The translations under genes were made by a program, and so were the position numbers. Positions 45,432 to 54,035 of a stretch of 64,000 bases of DNA are shown in pieces (within the stretch, counting starts at the first letter, position 1; every line of letters starts with the position of its first letter). The DNA is from Chloroflexota bacterium (lineage in GTDB: Bacteria > Chloroflexota > Anaerolineae > Ardenticatenales > JAADHH01): assembly GCA_013151955.1 (NCBI GenBank), contig JAADHH010000095.1, forward strand, positions 3,195-67,194, read 5' to 3'. The notes beneath the pieces are model-generated. The model was not told the DNA's origin, did not search any database, and was given only the letters and a program-made list of their open reading frames with translations.

Positions 45432-46394
45432 TTACACCTCGATATTCACAATTTTTCGGATGATGAAGAAACCGATGGTGATCATCACGATAGCAACCGT
45501 CAGCATCGTCCACCCGCAGGTAGTGGTGTAGAGCAAAGACATATACTCTTTGTCAATGACAAACAGGACGGCGGCCAGGATGACGGGCAAGAGGGTGATG
45601 ATATATCCGGATAGCATCTGCTGAGAGGTCAACACACGGATTTCGCCCTGAATGCGCACCCGTTCTCGTATCGTTTCGCCGATAATGTCCAGGATTTCGG
45701 CAAGATTGCCGCCCACTTCGCTTTGGACGAGGACGGCCGTGATCATCATGTCCAGGTCTTCGCTGTTGATGCGACGCAGCATATTGTTGAGGGCTTCTTC
45801 GTTTGTCAGCCCCAGCCCGACCTCCCGCACCACACGTTCAAATTCTATGGAGATGGGGGGAGATAACTCGCGGGAGATCACTTCAATAGATTGCATGAGG
45901 CTGTAGCCGGCCCGCAGGCTGTTGGCCAGCAGGGTGATTGCATCGCCCAGTTGATCATTGAAGGCGTTCAGGCGGCGTTGCTGTCGCCAGCGCACGTACA
46001 GACGCGGCAAGAAATATCCGCCAATGCTGAAGATCAAGGCCAGGACGAGCACGCGAAACAGGACCAACCCCAAAAGGAAAGTCAGGAGCACAGTGGCGAT
46101 GTTAATCAAGATATATTCGGAGGTCGTGATTTTGAGGTCGGCGCGAGCCAGTTCGACGGCCAGTGCCGGCCCGGCAACGCGACGTTCCAACATGCGGTTG
46201 AGCATCTGGGCAAAGCGACCTGGACGTTTGCTGTCACCTTCTTGAGTGGGTTGCACCACTCCTTCCCGCGTGGCATAGCGGTCCAGACGAGAACCGATCA
46301 CTTCGGCCCGACTGCCCATGAATTGGGCCAAGCCGCCGAAGAACATCAGTACGGCGATCCCCATAGCAATTGAAAGGATGATTGGCGAAATCAC
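45432..46394 (-). CDS. tadB: Tad pilus inner-membrane platform protein TadB (T2SS-F family)
   Basis: 320 aa. 'QLGDAITLLANSLRAGYSLMQSIE' T2SSF motif and 3-4 TM helices. Confidence 0.9.
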   Translation of the reverse strand: MISPIILSIAMGIAVLMFFGGLAQFMGSRAEVIGSRLDRYATREGVVQPTQEGDSKRPGRFAQMLNRMLERRVAGPALAVELARADLKITTSEYILINIATVLLTFLLGLVLFRVLVLALIFSIGGYFLPRLYVRWRQQRRLNAFNDQLGDAITLLANSLRAGYSLMQSIEVISRELSPPISIEFERVVREVGLGLTNEEALNNMLRRINSEDLDMMITAVLVQSEVGGNLAEILDIIGETIRERVRIQGEIRVLTSQQMLSGYIITLLPVILAAVLFVIDKEYMSLLYTTTCGWTMLTVAIVMITIGFFIIRKIVNIEV

Positions 46395-46478
46395 TCTGCA
46401 AACTCCGAAATAAGGTTATGCACCCAGTCCGCCAGAATGGGCGGACAAAGTGCGTGGCCCTTGAGTCAGCCCGGGCAG

Positions 46479-47873
46479 CTACGAATAATACTGGTCGTCC
46501 ATCCCAAACATGTTCGGGGGCAGCATAATTCCCGTGGCTTCTATGCGATCTACGAATTTAGGACGAATGCCGGTCGGGCGTAGCCGGCCCACAATACGCC
46601 CATCTTCAATGCCCGTTTGTTGGAAGACGAATATGTCCTGCATGACGATCACATCGCCTTCCATGCCTTGGACTTCGGCGATGTTCACCACTTTTCTGGT
46701 GCCATCGCGGAAGCGGTCTTGGTGAACGATCAGGTCGATGGCCGATGAGATTTGCTCGCGGATGGCCCGCAGCGGCAGGGCCATTCCGGCCATCAGAGTC
46801 ATCGTTTCGAGACGAGCCAGTGTGTCGCGCGGCCCATTCGAGTGTGCCGTAGTCATGCTGCCGTCGTGGCCCGTGTTCATCGCTTGCAACATATCCAGGG
46901 CTTCGGCTGCGCGCACCTCGCCAACGATGATGCGATCAGGGCGCATACGCAGCGCATTGACGACGAGCTGCCGGATGGACACCTCGCCACGTCCCTCGAT
47001 GTTGGGAGGGCGTGATTCCAATGTGACGACATGCTCTTGTCTGAGTTTGAGTTCTGCAGCGTTTTCAATCGTGACGATTCGCTCGTCGTTGGGAATGCTC
47101 GACGATAAGATGTTGAGCAGGGTCGTCTTTCCCGAACCGGTGCCGCCAGAAACTACGACATTCAACCGGGACTTTACGCAGGCATCCAAAAACTCCAACG
47201 CCTCGGAAGTTATGGAGCCAAACCGCAACAGGTCTTCCCCACCCAGACGTTCACGGCCAAACTTTCGGATGGTGATGGTGGGGCCTATGAGTGCCAGAGG
47301 GGGGATGATGATGTTGACACGTGATCCATCTGGCAGGCGAGCATCCACATAAGGCTGGCTCTCATCCACCCGGCGTCCAATGGGGGAGACAATGCGGTCG
47401 ATGATGCGCATCACATGTTCATCATCGTCGAACAGGTTCGTGACCTTTTCCAGTTTTCCGGCCCGCTCTATGTAGATGCTTTTTGGCCCGTTGACCATGA
47501 TTTCGGTGATGCTGTCGTCTTGTAAGAGGGGTTCAATGGGGCCGTAGCCCAGGATTTCCGCCAGAACCTGTTCAAATAAGGCCCGGCGTTGGGATCGCGT
47601 CAGCACCATGCCTTCCTGGGCCAACAGCGTGTCGAACACCTGACGGATCGTTTCCTGCATTTCTTCCCGATGGCTGAGGTCAATCTGCGTATCCAATTCG
47701 GCGATGAGTTGTGTTTGGATCCGCCTTTTGAGAGATGTGAGAGGGTCTTTGGCCTTGGCCAACGGTTGACGACGGAAGCGCAACGCTTCCATTTTGGAAG
47801 TGCCCTGCTCCTTGTCACCGATATCAGGGAGCCGGCCGGTTTGTTTCTTTTCAAGTCGCTTGAGTAAAGACAT
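46479..47873 (-). CDS. cpaF: Tad pilus secretion ATPase CpaF/TadA
   Basis: 464 aa. Walker A 'SGGTGSGKTTLLN', 'RPDRIIVGEVR', and 'TGHDGSMTTAHSN' (His box). Confidence 0.95.
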   Translation of the reverse strand: MSLLKRLEKKQTGRLPDIGDKEQGTSKMEALRFRRQPLAKAKDPLTSLKRRIQTQLIAELDTQIDLSHREEMQETIRQVFDTLLAQEGMVLTRSQRRALFEQVLAEILGYGPIEPLLQDDSITEIMVNGPKSIYIERAGKLEKVTNLFDDDEHVMRIIDRIVSPIGRRVDESQPYVDARLPDGSRVNIIIPPLALIGPTITIRKFGRERLGGEDLLRFGSITSEALEFLDACVKSRLNVVVSGGTGSGKTTLLNILSSSIPNDERIVTIENAAELKLRQEHVVTLESRPPNIEGRGEVSIRQLVVNALRMRPDRIIVGEVRAAEALDMLQAMNTGHDGSMTTAHSNGPRDTLARLETMTLMAGMALPLRAIREQISSAIDLIVHQDRFRDGTRKVVNIAEVQGMEGDVIVMQDIFVFQQTGIEDGRIVGRLRPTGIRPKFVDRIEATGIMLPPNMFGMDDQYYS

Positions 47874-47890
47874 ATTCTAGCACCAAGTTT

Positions 47891-48085
47891 CTACGCATTG
47901 TCCGAGACTTCGCTCAGAAAATGTGGCCCCTGACGGGGCAGTTGACAAAAGGACAGGGGACACAGATTTACACAGGCTTCGACACAGGCTTCGCACACAG
48001 ATTTTTCTGAATGTTTTATCTCTGTTTTTCTGTGTCCTACAGAAACATCGACAACTTTTTGTCGACCTTGACGCCCTAAGCGCCT
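47891..48085 (-). repeat. Family C repeat, copy C3 (subtype b)
   Basis: The reverse complement is about 90% identical by eye to 63391-63582. It fills the cpaE-cpaF intercistronic gap and abuts the cpaE stop codon. Confidence 0.88.
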
Positions 48086-49376
48086 ACCGCTTCCGCCACC
48101 GTCTAAATAGTCCTCCGGGAGTTGCTGCCTGCTTTTTGTGCATTGTTTCCGTCGGACCCGGCGGGGGCAGTTGTTCGACGATTTGCTGGGCCAGGTGTAA
48201 CAGGTTCTGCCCAACAGCAGAGTTCGGCTGCCCCTGTACGACAGGCAGACCCTGGTTGACGGCTTTGGTCGTTGCCGCATCATCACGTATCACGTCGGTA
48301 AGGACAGGATGTTTCACACTGGCTTCTATGTCGCGTACGCGAATCCCTCCTCGGGGGTCGTGCTTGTTGAGCACGAGCAAAATCTTTTCCGGCTCATAGG
48401 TCAAAGCCTCGGTAACCTCGAAGAAGGTCTTGGTATTTTTTATGGCCGTTATTTCGGTCGTCGTCAACAGAATGATTCGGTCGCTAAGATCAAATAGAGT
48501 CAATGTTGGTTCTTGGAAAGAAGTCCACGTATCAATTACGATGTAATCAAAGATCAGTCGCAGCTTCTCCAGGATTATGGTCAGGTGCTCCGTCGTGACG
48601 AGTTCGGCCATCTCGGGCTTGGGTGGTGAGAGCAGGGCCTTTACGCCGGAGGAGTGCGTGATCAGCAAACCGGCCAGGAATTCTTCGTCCAGGTCGTCAA
48701 TTTGCTCGACGGCGTCAACTATGCTCCTTTGGGAAGAAAGGTTCAGGAGTACACCCACGTCGCCAAATTGCAGACTGCCATCCACAATCGCTACTTTGGT
48801 CTTCGTCACTTCTCGAATGGCGATTGCCAGATTGGTGACCACCGTGCTGGTTCCGACCCCCCCCTTTGCGCCATAAACGGTAATCACTCTCCCTTTCGGC
48901 GATGGCGGGACGGGCTGGGCGACCGGTACCGGAGCCAACGCCTCTCCTTGGGGAGGCGGGGGGGTGGCCGGGCGACGGCGCTGGCCCAAGTCGTAAACGC
49001 GCCGTATGCTGGTGACCAATTCTTCTGCGGTGAAGGGTTTGATCAGGAATTCGCGTGCGCCGGCCAACATGGAACGTCGCAGGTAGTCGGCCTCTCCCTG
49101 TACCGACATCATGATCACCTGGGTGTTGGGAGCGCTTTCCGATATTTTCTCGCCGGCCGTCACCCCGTCCATGCCCGGCATGTTGATGTCCATCAAGACG
49201 ACATCTGGCTGCAACTCCATGACCATCTCGACACCTTCCGCACCGTCCGATGCCGAGCCAACAACCTGAATGTCCTTTTCGAAGTATAGGAGCTTCTTTA
49301 GGTTCTCACGAGTTTCCGGTATATCATCCACAACCAGGACGTGGATCATTTTGTTAGGGTCTGCGTTTTCAGACAT
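48084..49376 (-). CDS. cpaE: Response-regulator receiver domain fused to CpaE/TadZ-type MinD/ParA ATPase
   Basis: 430 aa. REC 'IHVLVVDDIPETR...DVVLMDINMPGMDG...MMSVQG...FLIKPF' has all phospho-acceptor residues. Then 'VITVYGAKGGVGTSTVVTNLA', a deviant Walker A. Confidence 0.9.
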   Translation of the reverse strand: MSENADPNKMIHVLVVDDIPETRENLKKLLYFEKDIQVVGSASDGAEGVEMVMELQPDVVLMDINMPGMDGVTAGEKISESAPNTQVIMMSVQGEADYLRRSMLAGAREFLIKPFTAEELVTSIRRVYDLGQRRRPATPPPPQGEALAPVPVAQPVPPSPKGRVITVYGAKGGVGTSTVVTNLAIAIREVTKTKVAIVDGSLQFGDVGVLLNLSSQRSIVDAVEQIDDLDEEFLAGLLITHSSGVKALLSPPKPEMAELVTTEHLTIILEKLRLIFDYIVIDTWTSFQEPTLTLFDLSDRIILLTTTEITAIKNTKTFFEVTEALTYEPEKILLVLNKHDPRGGIRVRDIEASVKHPVLTDVIRDDAATTKAVNQGLPVVQGQPNSAVGQNLLHLAQQIVEQLPPPGPTETMHKKQAATPGGLFRRWRKR

Positions 49377-49411
49377 GCGCCTGCGTCAACTCCTTGCCGG
49401 ACCAATTATGC

Positions 49412-50191
49412 TTATCGAGGGCGAACATCAAATTCGCGAATTATGTAGTCTTCGTTCACGGTCTCTGTCTTGACCTCTTCGTGATCTCCGGCAGCACGTA
49501 GCGCCAGATCCACAAGGGTGTTCTCCCGTAGACTTTTCAGGATGATTGCCTGTTGGCGGTCGACCAAAAAAGTGATCACTTGTTGTTGCTGGTTCTGCTG
49601 CTGATTGCTCGGAATGTTCCACGATCCCACGCGCAGGACCTCGATATCTTGCAAGGCGAGTTGTGTGGCCGGTTTTTGGGTGACGCCTTGGGCCGTGTCT
49701 TCTTGCAGCCTCATGCTCACCAGAACATCGACTCTATCGCCCGCCTGGATCGCTCCGGCGACACCACTAATGTTGTCCACGGGCATAGCCACGGCTACTT
49801 TGCCTTTCGGAATGATGAACGATGCGTCCGAGCCCAGCCCCAGTCTCGTTTCTTCCACCTTTTTGTCGATCAACATTGAGCTCAGCAGGATCTGGCCGGG
49901 GAAGATCGGGCTTCTCGTCAGCTTGCCCACCGCGTCCGCCGGATTCAATATCGCGCCAGGCGGAACGGAGTCCTGCGGCCACTCCTTGACTCCGATTGCG
50001 TCGGGGGGTACCGGGACATGGGCTTCGATATTCTGGAACGCGACCACCACAGATGCCGTCTCTACGGGCTGGACGTTAGTCCCTTGCGGCTGGCGGCGCA
50101 ATATGAACAGGGTGGCTCCTGCAGACACAATGGCAAGGATGAACCCTAGTACAATCAGGAGTCTTGCGCTACGTTGCATCTTTTCCTCCAA
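49412..50191 (-). CDS. cpaB: Flp pilus assembly protein CpaB/RcpC (SAF domain)
   Basis: 259 aa. N-terminal TM helix 'ARLLIVLGFILAIVSAGATLFIL'. Position upstream of cpaE. Confidence 0.8.
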   Translation of the reverse strand: MEEKMQRSARLLIVLGFILAIVSAGATLFILRRQPQGTNVQPVETASVVVAFQNIEAHVPVPPDAIGVKEWPQDSVPPGAILNPADAVGKLTRSPIFPGQILLSSMLIDKKVEETRLGLGSDASFIIPKGKVAVAMPVDNISGVAGAIQAGDRVDVLVSMRLQEDTAQGVTQKPATQLALQDIEVLRVGSWNIPSNQQQNQQQQVITFLVDRQQAIILKSLRENTLVDLALRAAGDHEEVKTETVNEDYIIREFDVRPR

Positions 50192-50335
50192 TATTTCGCG
50201 TGATGTAGGGTCATTAAATCGCCCTCATGGTGATTGGGTGATGATAAACGAGTACGTAATGTCCGATGTTCTCTCGCCACTACCAATATTTTACATCGAA
50301 ACCTACGAAAGAGCAAAATGTGACAACTTAGAATT

Positions 50336-52027
50336 TCAATCAGCCCGCACGGTGGGCAAAAAGAGAACCTGATTGGAATCTCTGGGTGCATAATAGAGTT
50401 CGATGCCGTGCAACACCGGTGTAGTAGAAGAGAGTGCCGTAGAAAAATTCAAACGATAGTTCACCTGGCCGGTCGTTTGGATGGGCACTACGTAGGTGAT
50501 TCGCGACGTTTGTGTCAGTGCGTTGGTTGCCTGGCCAGCGGCGACCAGCGGATGCGACGAAATGTCTGTGTCGACCCACGGTTGGCTGGAGTCTGCCTGA
50601 TAGGCAAAGGTAATTGTGGCAGCCGTCGTATCGGTTATGGCCGTTTCCAGAGCGAACCGCTGCAGGTAGCTGTTCTCCGGTAGTTGCATCGTGCCGGTGT
50701 AGATCCCGTGTGGCATGTATTGCGCGGCCAGGCCACGTGTGGGGGCACTGTACACGCTTGCCTGAGGGAAAGCGTGGGTGTTCGCCCCACCGACCACGAA
50801 GATGTGGTCCGCCAGCCAGGTCCCTGTGTGCGCGTAGCGCGGGGCCGGCAAGGGATAGGTCGTTCGCCAGACGGGGTCACCGGCCTGCTCACGATATAGG
50901 TAATCGGGTGCGGAAGGATCCAGCGCGACGCTGATCACTTCGTCCCGGTGGCCGCTGGTCAAGGTGGGGCCTACCCCGCCGGCCAAAAGAATTTGAGCGT
51001 TGACTTGAACTGTTGCTGCCTCCAAAAAGGATTCTGGGAGTGGCAAGGAAGCCGTATGCCAATTGGAAAGCGACCCATCCGGCTGGATATCGGCGTAGAA
51101 CATGCTGGCATTGCCCTGCCCAGACGAGACGTCGTCTCCGCCCATGACGAAAAGTGTAGCATTGCCATCAGCGTGACGATAGAGCACGGACATAGCGTGT
51201 GCCAGCACTTTTGGGAGCGCCGGCGCGGTCTGGAATGCCGTGATGTGTCCGGCTCCATCTATGTCTGCCCAATGCACTTCATTGTGAGTTTGGGCGCTCC
51301 CTCCGATCACTGTCTGTCCCCCCAGGAAGTACAGGTGTTGCCCGTACAACGCTCCCATGGCGTAATGCGCGGGATATGGCAAGCGTACGGTCTCTGTGAT
51401 CCAGGAACTGATGGTGCCATCTGGCTGCATGGTCGCGCGGAAGATGGTATCCTGCGAGGGGAACTCCAGGCCCGGTCCCTGTCGTGTAAATCCTCCAAGA
51501 ATGTAAAGGTACGTTTCCGTCGAGTCCAGCAAGGCTATGTGGCCGGCCAGGGCAACAGGCATCGCGTTGGCCAACGGTTGCCACGGATTCAATTGAATCG
51601 CGGCCCCATTTTCGGTTGATGATACCACAGAAGTGGCATAGATGGTGTTGGTCGGATTGATTCCGTCTGCGCCTATGCCTCCGGTCACATACAGCCGATT
51701 TCCACGGGCCACGGTTGCCATCTGGCTACGGGGGGCAGGGAGAGATTCTGCGGCCTGCCACGGTTCGGTCACCCCGATAGGTAGCAGTTGCAACGCGCCA
51801 CCGGCGAGATCAATCACTTGGACGTGGCTCGTCTGCCCAGCTTCAAAGTCCGCGACCGTGGTGTGGGGAATCGAGAAAGCGGTCCAGCTTGCTCCCAAGG
51901 GGAGTAGCCCCTGGCGTGCAGTTGCAGATATGAGTATGAGTAGAGCGCCCAAGACAAATAGAGGCCATCGTTTCCCCGCCCGGCGATATCTCATGATCGG
52001 TTGTAACACATTTCTTTCTTGGCGCAT
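50336..52027 (-). CDS. Membrane-anchored Kelch-type beta-propeller protein (6 blades) with C-terminal beta-sandwich region
   Basis: 563 aa (alternative start ATG 51994). TM 'WPLFVLGALLILISA'. Blades marked by RLYVTGGIG, YLYILGGF, HLYFLGGQ, TLFVMGGDD, ILLAGGVG and IFVVGGAN. Confidence 0.75.
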   Translation of the reverse strand: MRQERNVLQPIMRYRRAGKRWPLFVLGALLILISATARQGLLPLGASWTAFSIPHTTVADFEAGQTSHVQVIDLAGGALQLLPIGVTEPWQAAESLPAPRSQMATVARGNRLYVTGGIGADGINPTNTIYATSVVSSTENGAAIQLNPWQPLANAMPVALAGHIALLDSTETYLYILGGFTRQGPGLEFPSQDTIFRATMQPDGTISSWITETVRLPYPAHYAMGALYGQHLYFLGGQTVIGGSAQTHNEVHWADIDGAGHITAFQTAPALPKVLAHAMSVLYRHADGNATLFVMGGDDVSSGQGNASMFYADIQPDGSLSNWHTASLPLPESFLEAATVQVNAQILLAGGVGPTLTSGHRDEVISVALDPSAPDYLYREQAGDPVWRTTYPLPAPRYAHTGTWLADHIFVVGGANTHAFPQASVYSAPTRGLAAQYMPHGIYTGTMQLPENSYLQRFALETAITDTTAATITFAYQADSSQPWVDTDISSHPLVAAGQATNALTQTSRITYVVPIQTTGQVNYRLNFSTALSSTTPVLHGIELYYAPRDSNQVLFLPTVRAD

Positions 52028-52086
52028 ACCGGCCGGTTGCTAATAGGAACCTGGTGCGCTTGCCACGAATCGATTGGGTCACGCTG

Positions 52087-53337
52087 CTATCGTGTCATTT
52101 TAATGATCATCACGCCTTTGTCGTTGGCGCCGCCCAGCTCCCCTTGTGGAGCTACGTACCGTACGAAATGTCCCCGAATGTATTTGTTGTCCCCGTGATC
52201 TTGAATCTCGTCCACCTGGAAGGCGGCAAAGGAGACGATGTTATAGTAATACTTGTTATCATAAGTGCCGTTATTTGTGTAGGTGTCTATGATAGTCGCA
52301 TAAGCGGGGTCGCTCCACCCGTATTGACCATAGGCCGGGTTGTTATGGCATTGTCCTGGGTTGGGGCCAGGGTCATACGAGCCACCGACATCGCGGTGGT
52401 TGCTGGGATCATCGTTGCACTTCTGGTCTGTCGTGTAATGATAGGCAATGTCGTAGACCGGCATGATCAGCACCTGGCCGACGTGTGCTTCCCGTAGGAT
52501 GTGCTGGGTATCCCGGGGTGGATAGCGGTGTTCTTGCTCCCAGCCATACTTTCCTGCGGGGTCTCCTTGTATGCGCGTGCGCTCGAATATCGTGGAGTCG
52601 TGGTATCCTTCACGGGTCCACTGCTTGAGTAGTGCGTCGCCGATGTTGCACTTGTTCGGGTACGCGCAACTGAGGTCCAGCAAGGCGGCGTTTGCGCCGG
52701 TGATGTCGCCACTATCCAACGTGCAGCCGCTCCCCCCTCCGTGGTGATTGCTCTGGTAGGCGTCGTCATGGTATCCACCGTCGTCATCATGGTGGTCATC
52801 TCCATGCTGGTTACAATCCTGTCCCCAAATTTTGTACGAGGCTCCGTATGTGAAATCGAAATTCGAGATGGCGATGGGAGACAATCCGCTTACGGCCTTC
52901 GCCGTGCCGAATTGTGCCGTCGCTTCGGCCATGACAGTGAACGTGGGGCGGCCCACGATGCCCGAAACATAGCCATTGAATTGGTGTCCCGCCTGCACAC
53001 GCACTCCATTCGTCCAAGACGGTGTCGGTTGATTCAGACATTGAACGGGTACGTCACGTGGCGTATAGAACATGGAAACTTTGTCGCTATCGGCCCCCTG
53101 GCGCGTGACCGCATATTCCCGAATCGTGGAACACAGGGCCAATTCATTCGTTTGCCCGGTGGCCAGGGCTACCGCTCCGGCTATGGCCGCACTGTCGGCC
53201 GCATTTTGCATACTGCGTCGCTGTAAATAGTTGTTGCTACCATCAACGGACAAGGCCAGGAAGCCCAGCAAAGCAGCTAAGACCAGGGCTATTATGACCA
53301 TCGACTGTCCTTCTTCTCTTCGCATGATCTGTATCAT
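52087..53337 (-). CDS. TadG-like (Tad_N, pilus-assembly) protein with His/Asp-rich insert
   Basis: 416 aa. N-terminus 'REEGQSMVIIALVLAALLGFLALSVDGSNNYLQRRSMQNAADSAAIAGA' is the TadG/Tad_N pattern. 'HGDDHHDDDGGYHDDAYQSNHHGGG' at residues 177-200. Confidence 0.75.
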   Translation of the reverse strand: MIQIMRREEGQSMVIIALVLAALLGFLALSVDGSNNYLQRRSMQNAADSAAIAGAVALATGQTNELALCSTIREYAVTRQGADSDKVSMFYTPRDVPVQCLNQPTPSWTNGVRVQAGHQFNGYVSGIVGRPTFTVMAEATAQFGTAKAVSGLSPIAISNFDFTYGASYKIWGQDCNQHGDDHHDDDGGYHDDAYQSNHHGGGSGCTLDSGDITGANAALLDLSCAYPNKCNIGDALLKQWTREGYHDSTIFERTRIQGDPAGKYGWEQEHRYPPRDTQHILREAHVGQVLIMPVYDIAYHYTTDQKCNDDPSNHRDVGGSYDPGPNPGQCHNNPAYGQYGWSDPAYATIIDTYTNNGTYDNKYYYNIVSFAAFQVDEIQDHGDNKYIRGHFVRYVAPQGELGGANDKGVMIIKMTR

Positions 53338-53363
53338 CGTCCACGGCTCCCCTCACCCCAAAA

Positions 53364-53487
53364 GCGACGAATGAATTCGCCGCCTGAGACTGCTGCGTAG
53401 TGCGTTAAAACGCACTATTCCTGCTATTCCTGCATGACAGCAACCTGTTTCAACAGGTTTCGCAATTATAGGCAGGCAATTCATTGC
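53364..53487 (-). repeat. Family F repeat, copy F2
   Basis: Reverse complement of F1 (18694-18812), about 88% identical by eye. Lies between the tadE-like and tadG-like genes. The spurious ORF 53353..53583 runs through it. Confidence 0.85.
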
Positions 53488-53495
53488 TCTTTTTC

Positions 53496-53954
53496 TCAAT
53501 TGCTGCGCACCGGTTGGACGGCTGTTGCCTGCAACTGGATATTCTGTCGTCCCGTAAAGCTGCGGAAAAAGGGTGTAATCCAATCGTACTCGTAAGACAG
53601 GGTCACGGTAATGGTGTCCCCAATGCCCGGTGATACCGGATCGCTTAGGTCTACAGCTACGTTGGTAATCTTGCTGGTATCGACGAGACCTTGTTGACTT
53701 TCATGTCTGGTGCGATAGTCCACGTTGTCCGGATCGGCACAGGACGCCCCACTCGAGGCGTAGGGGCAGCCGGGGTAGAAGGAGCCGTAGGAGGCTCCTT
53801 CGCCCGCCGCATTGCCCAGTGCAACATAAGTGAAATAGGCACGCCCCAAGTCTGCGATACCCATGATCAATAGAATGAGTACCGTCATCCCCAGGGCCAA
53901 CTCAACGATGCCCTGGCCTCTCTCCTCGCCAATCCTCATTCGGTTCCACCCCAT
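53496..53954 (-). CDS. TadE-like pseudopilin
   Basis: 152 aa. 'GEERGQGIVELALGMTVLILLIMGIADLGRAYFTYVALGNAAGEGASYG' is the TadE N-terminal domain. Confidence 0.85.
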   Translation of the reverse strand: MGWNRMRIGEERGQGIVELALGMTVLILLIMGIADLGRAYFTYVALGNAAGEGASYGSFYPGCPYASSGASCADPDNVDYRTRHESQQGLVDTSKITNVAVDLSDPVSPGIGDTITVTLSYEYDWITPFFRSFTGRQNIQLQATAVQPVRSN

Positions 53955-54035
53955 GTCCTCATCTCTTCCCCAGTTGTCAGCTTATGACACGTGAAACGTG
54001 TTCCGTACTGCACCGTTCACCATTCATCATTCACG

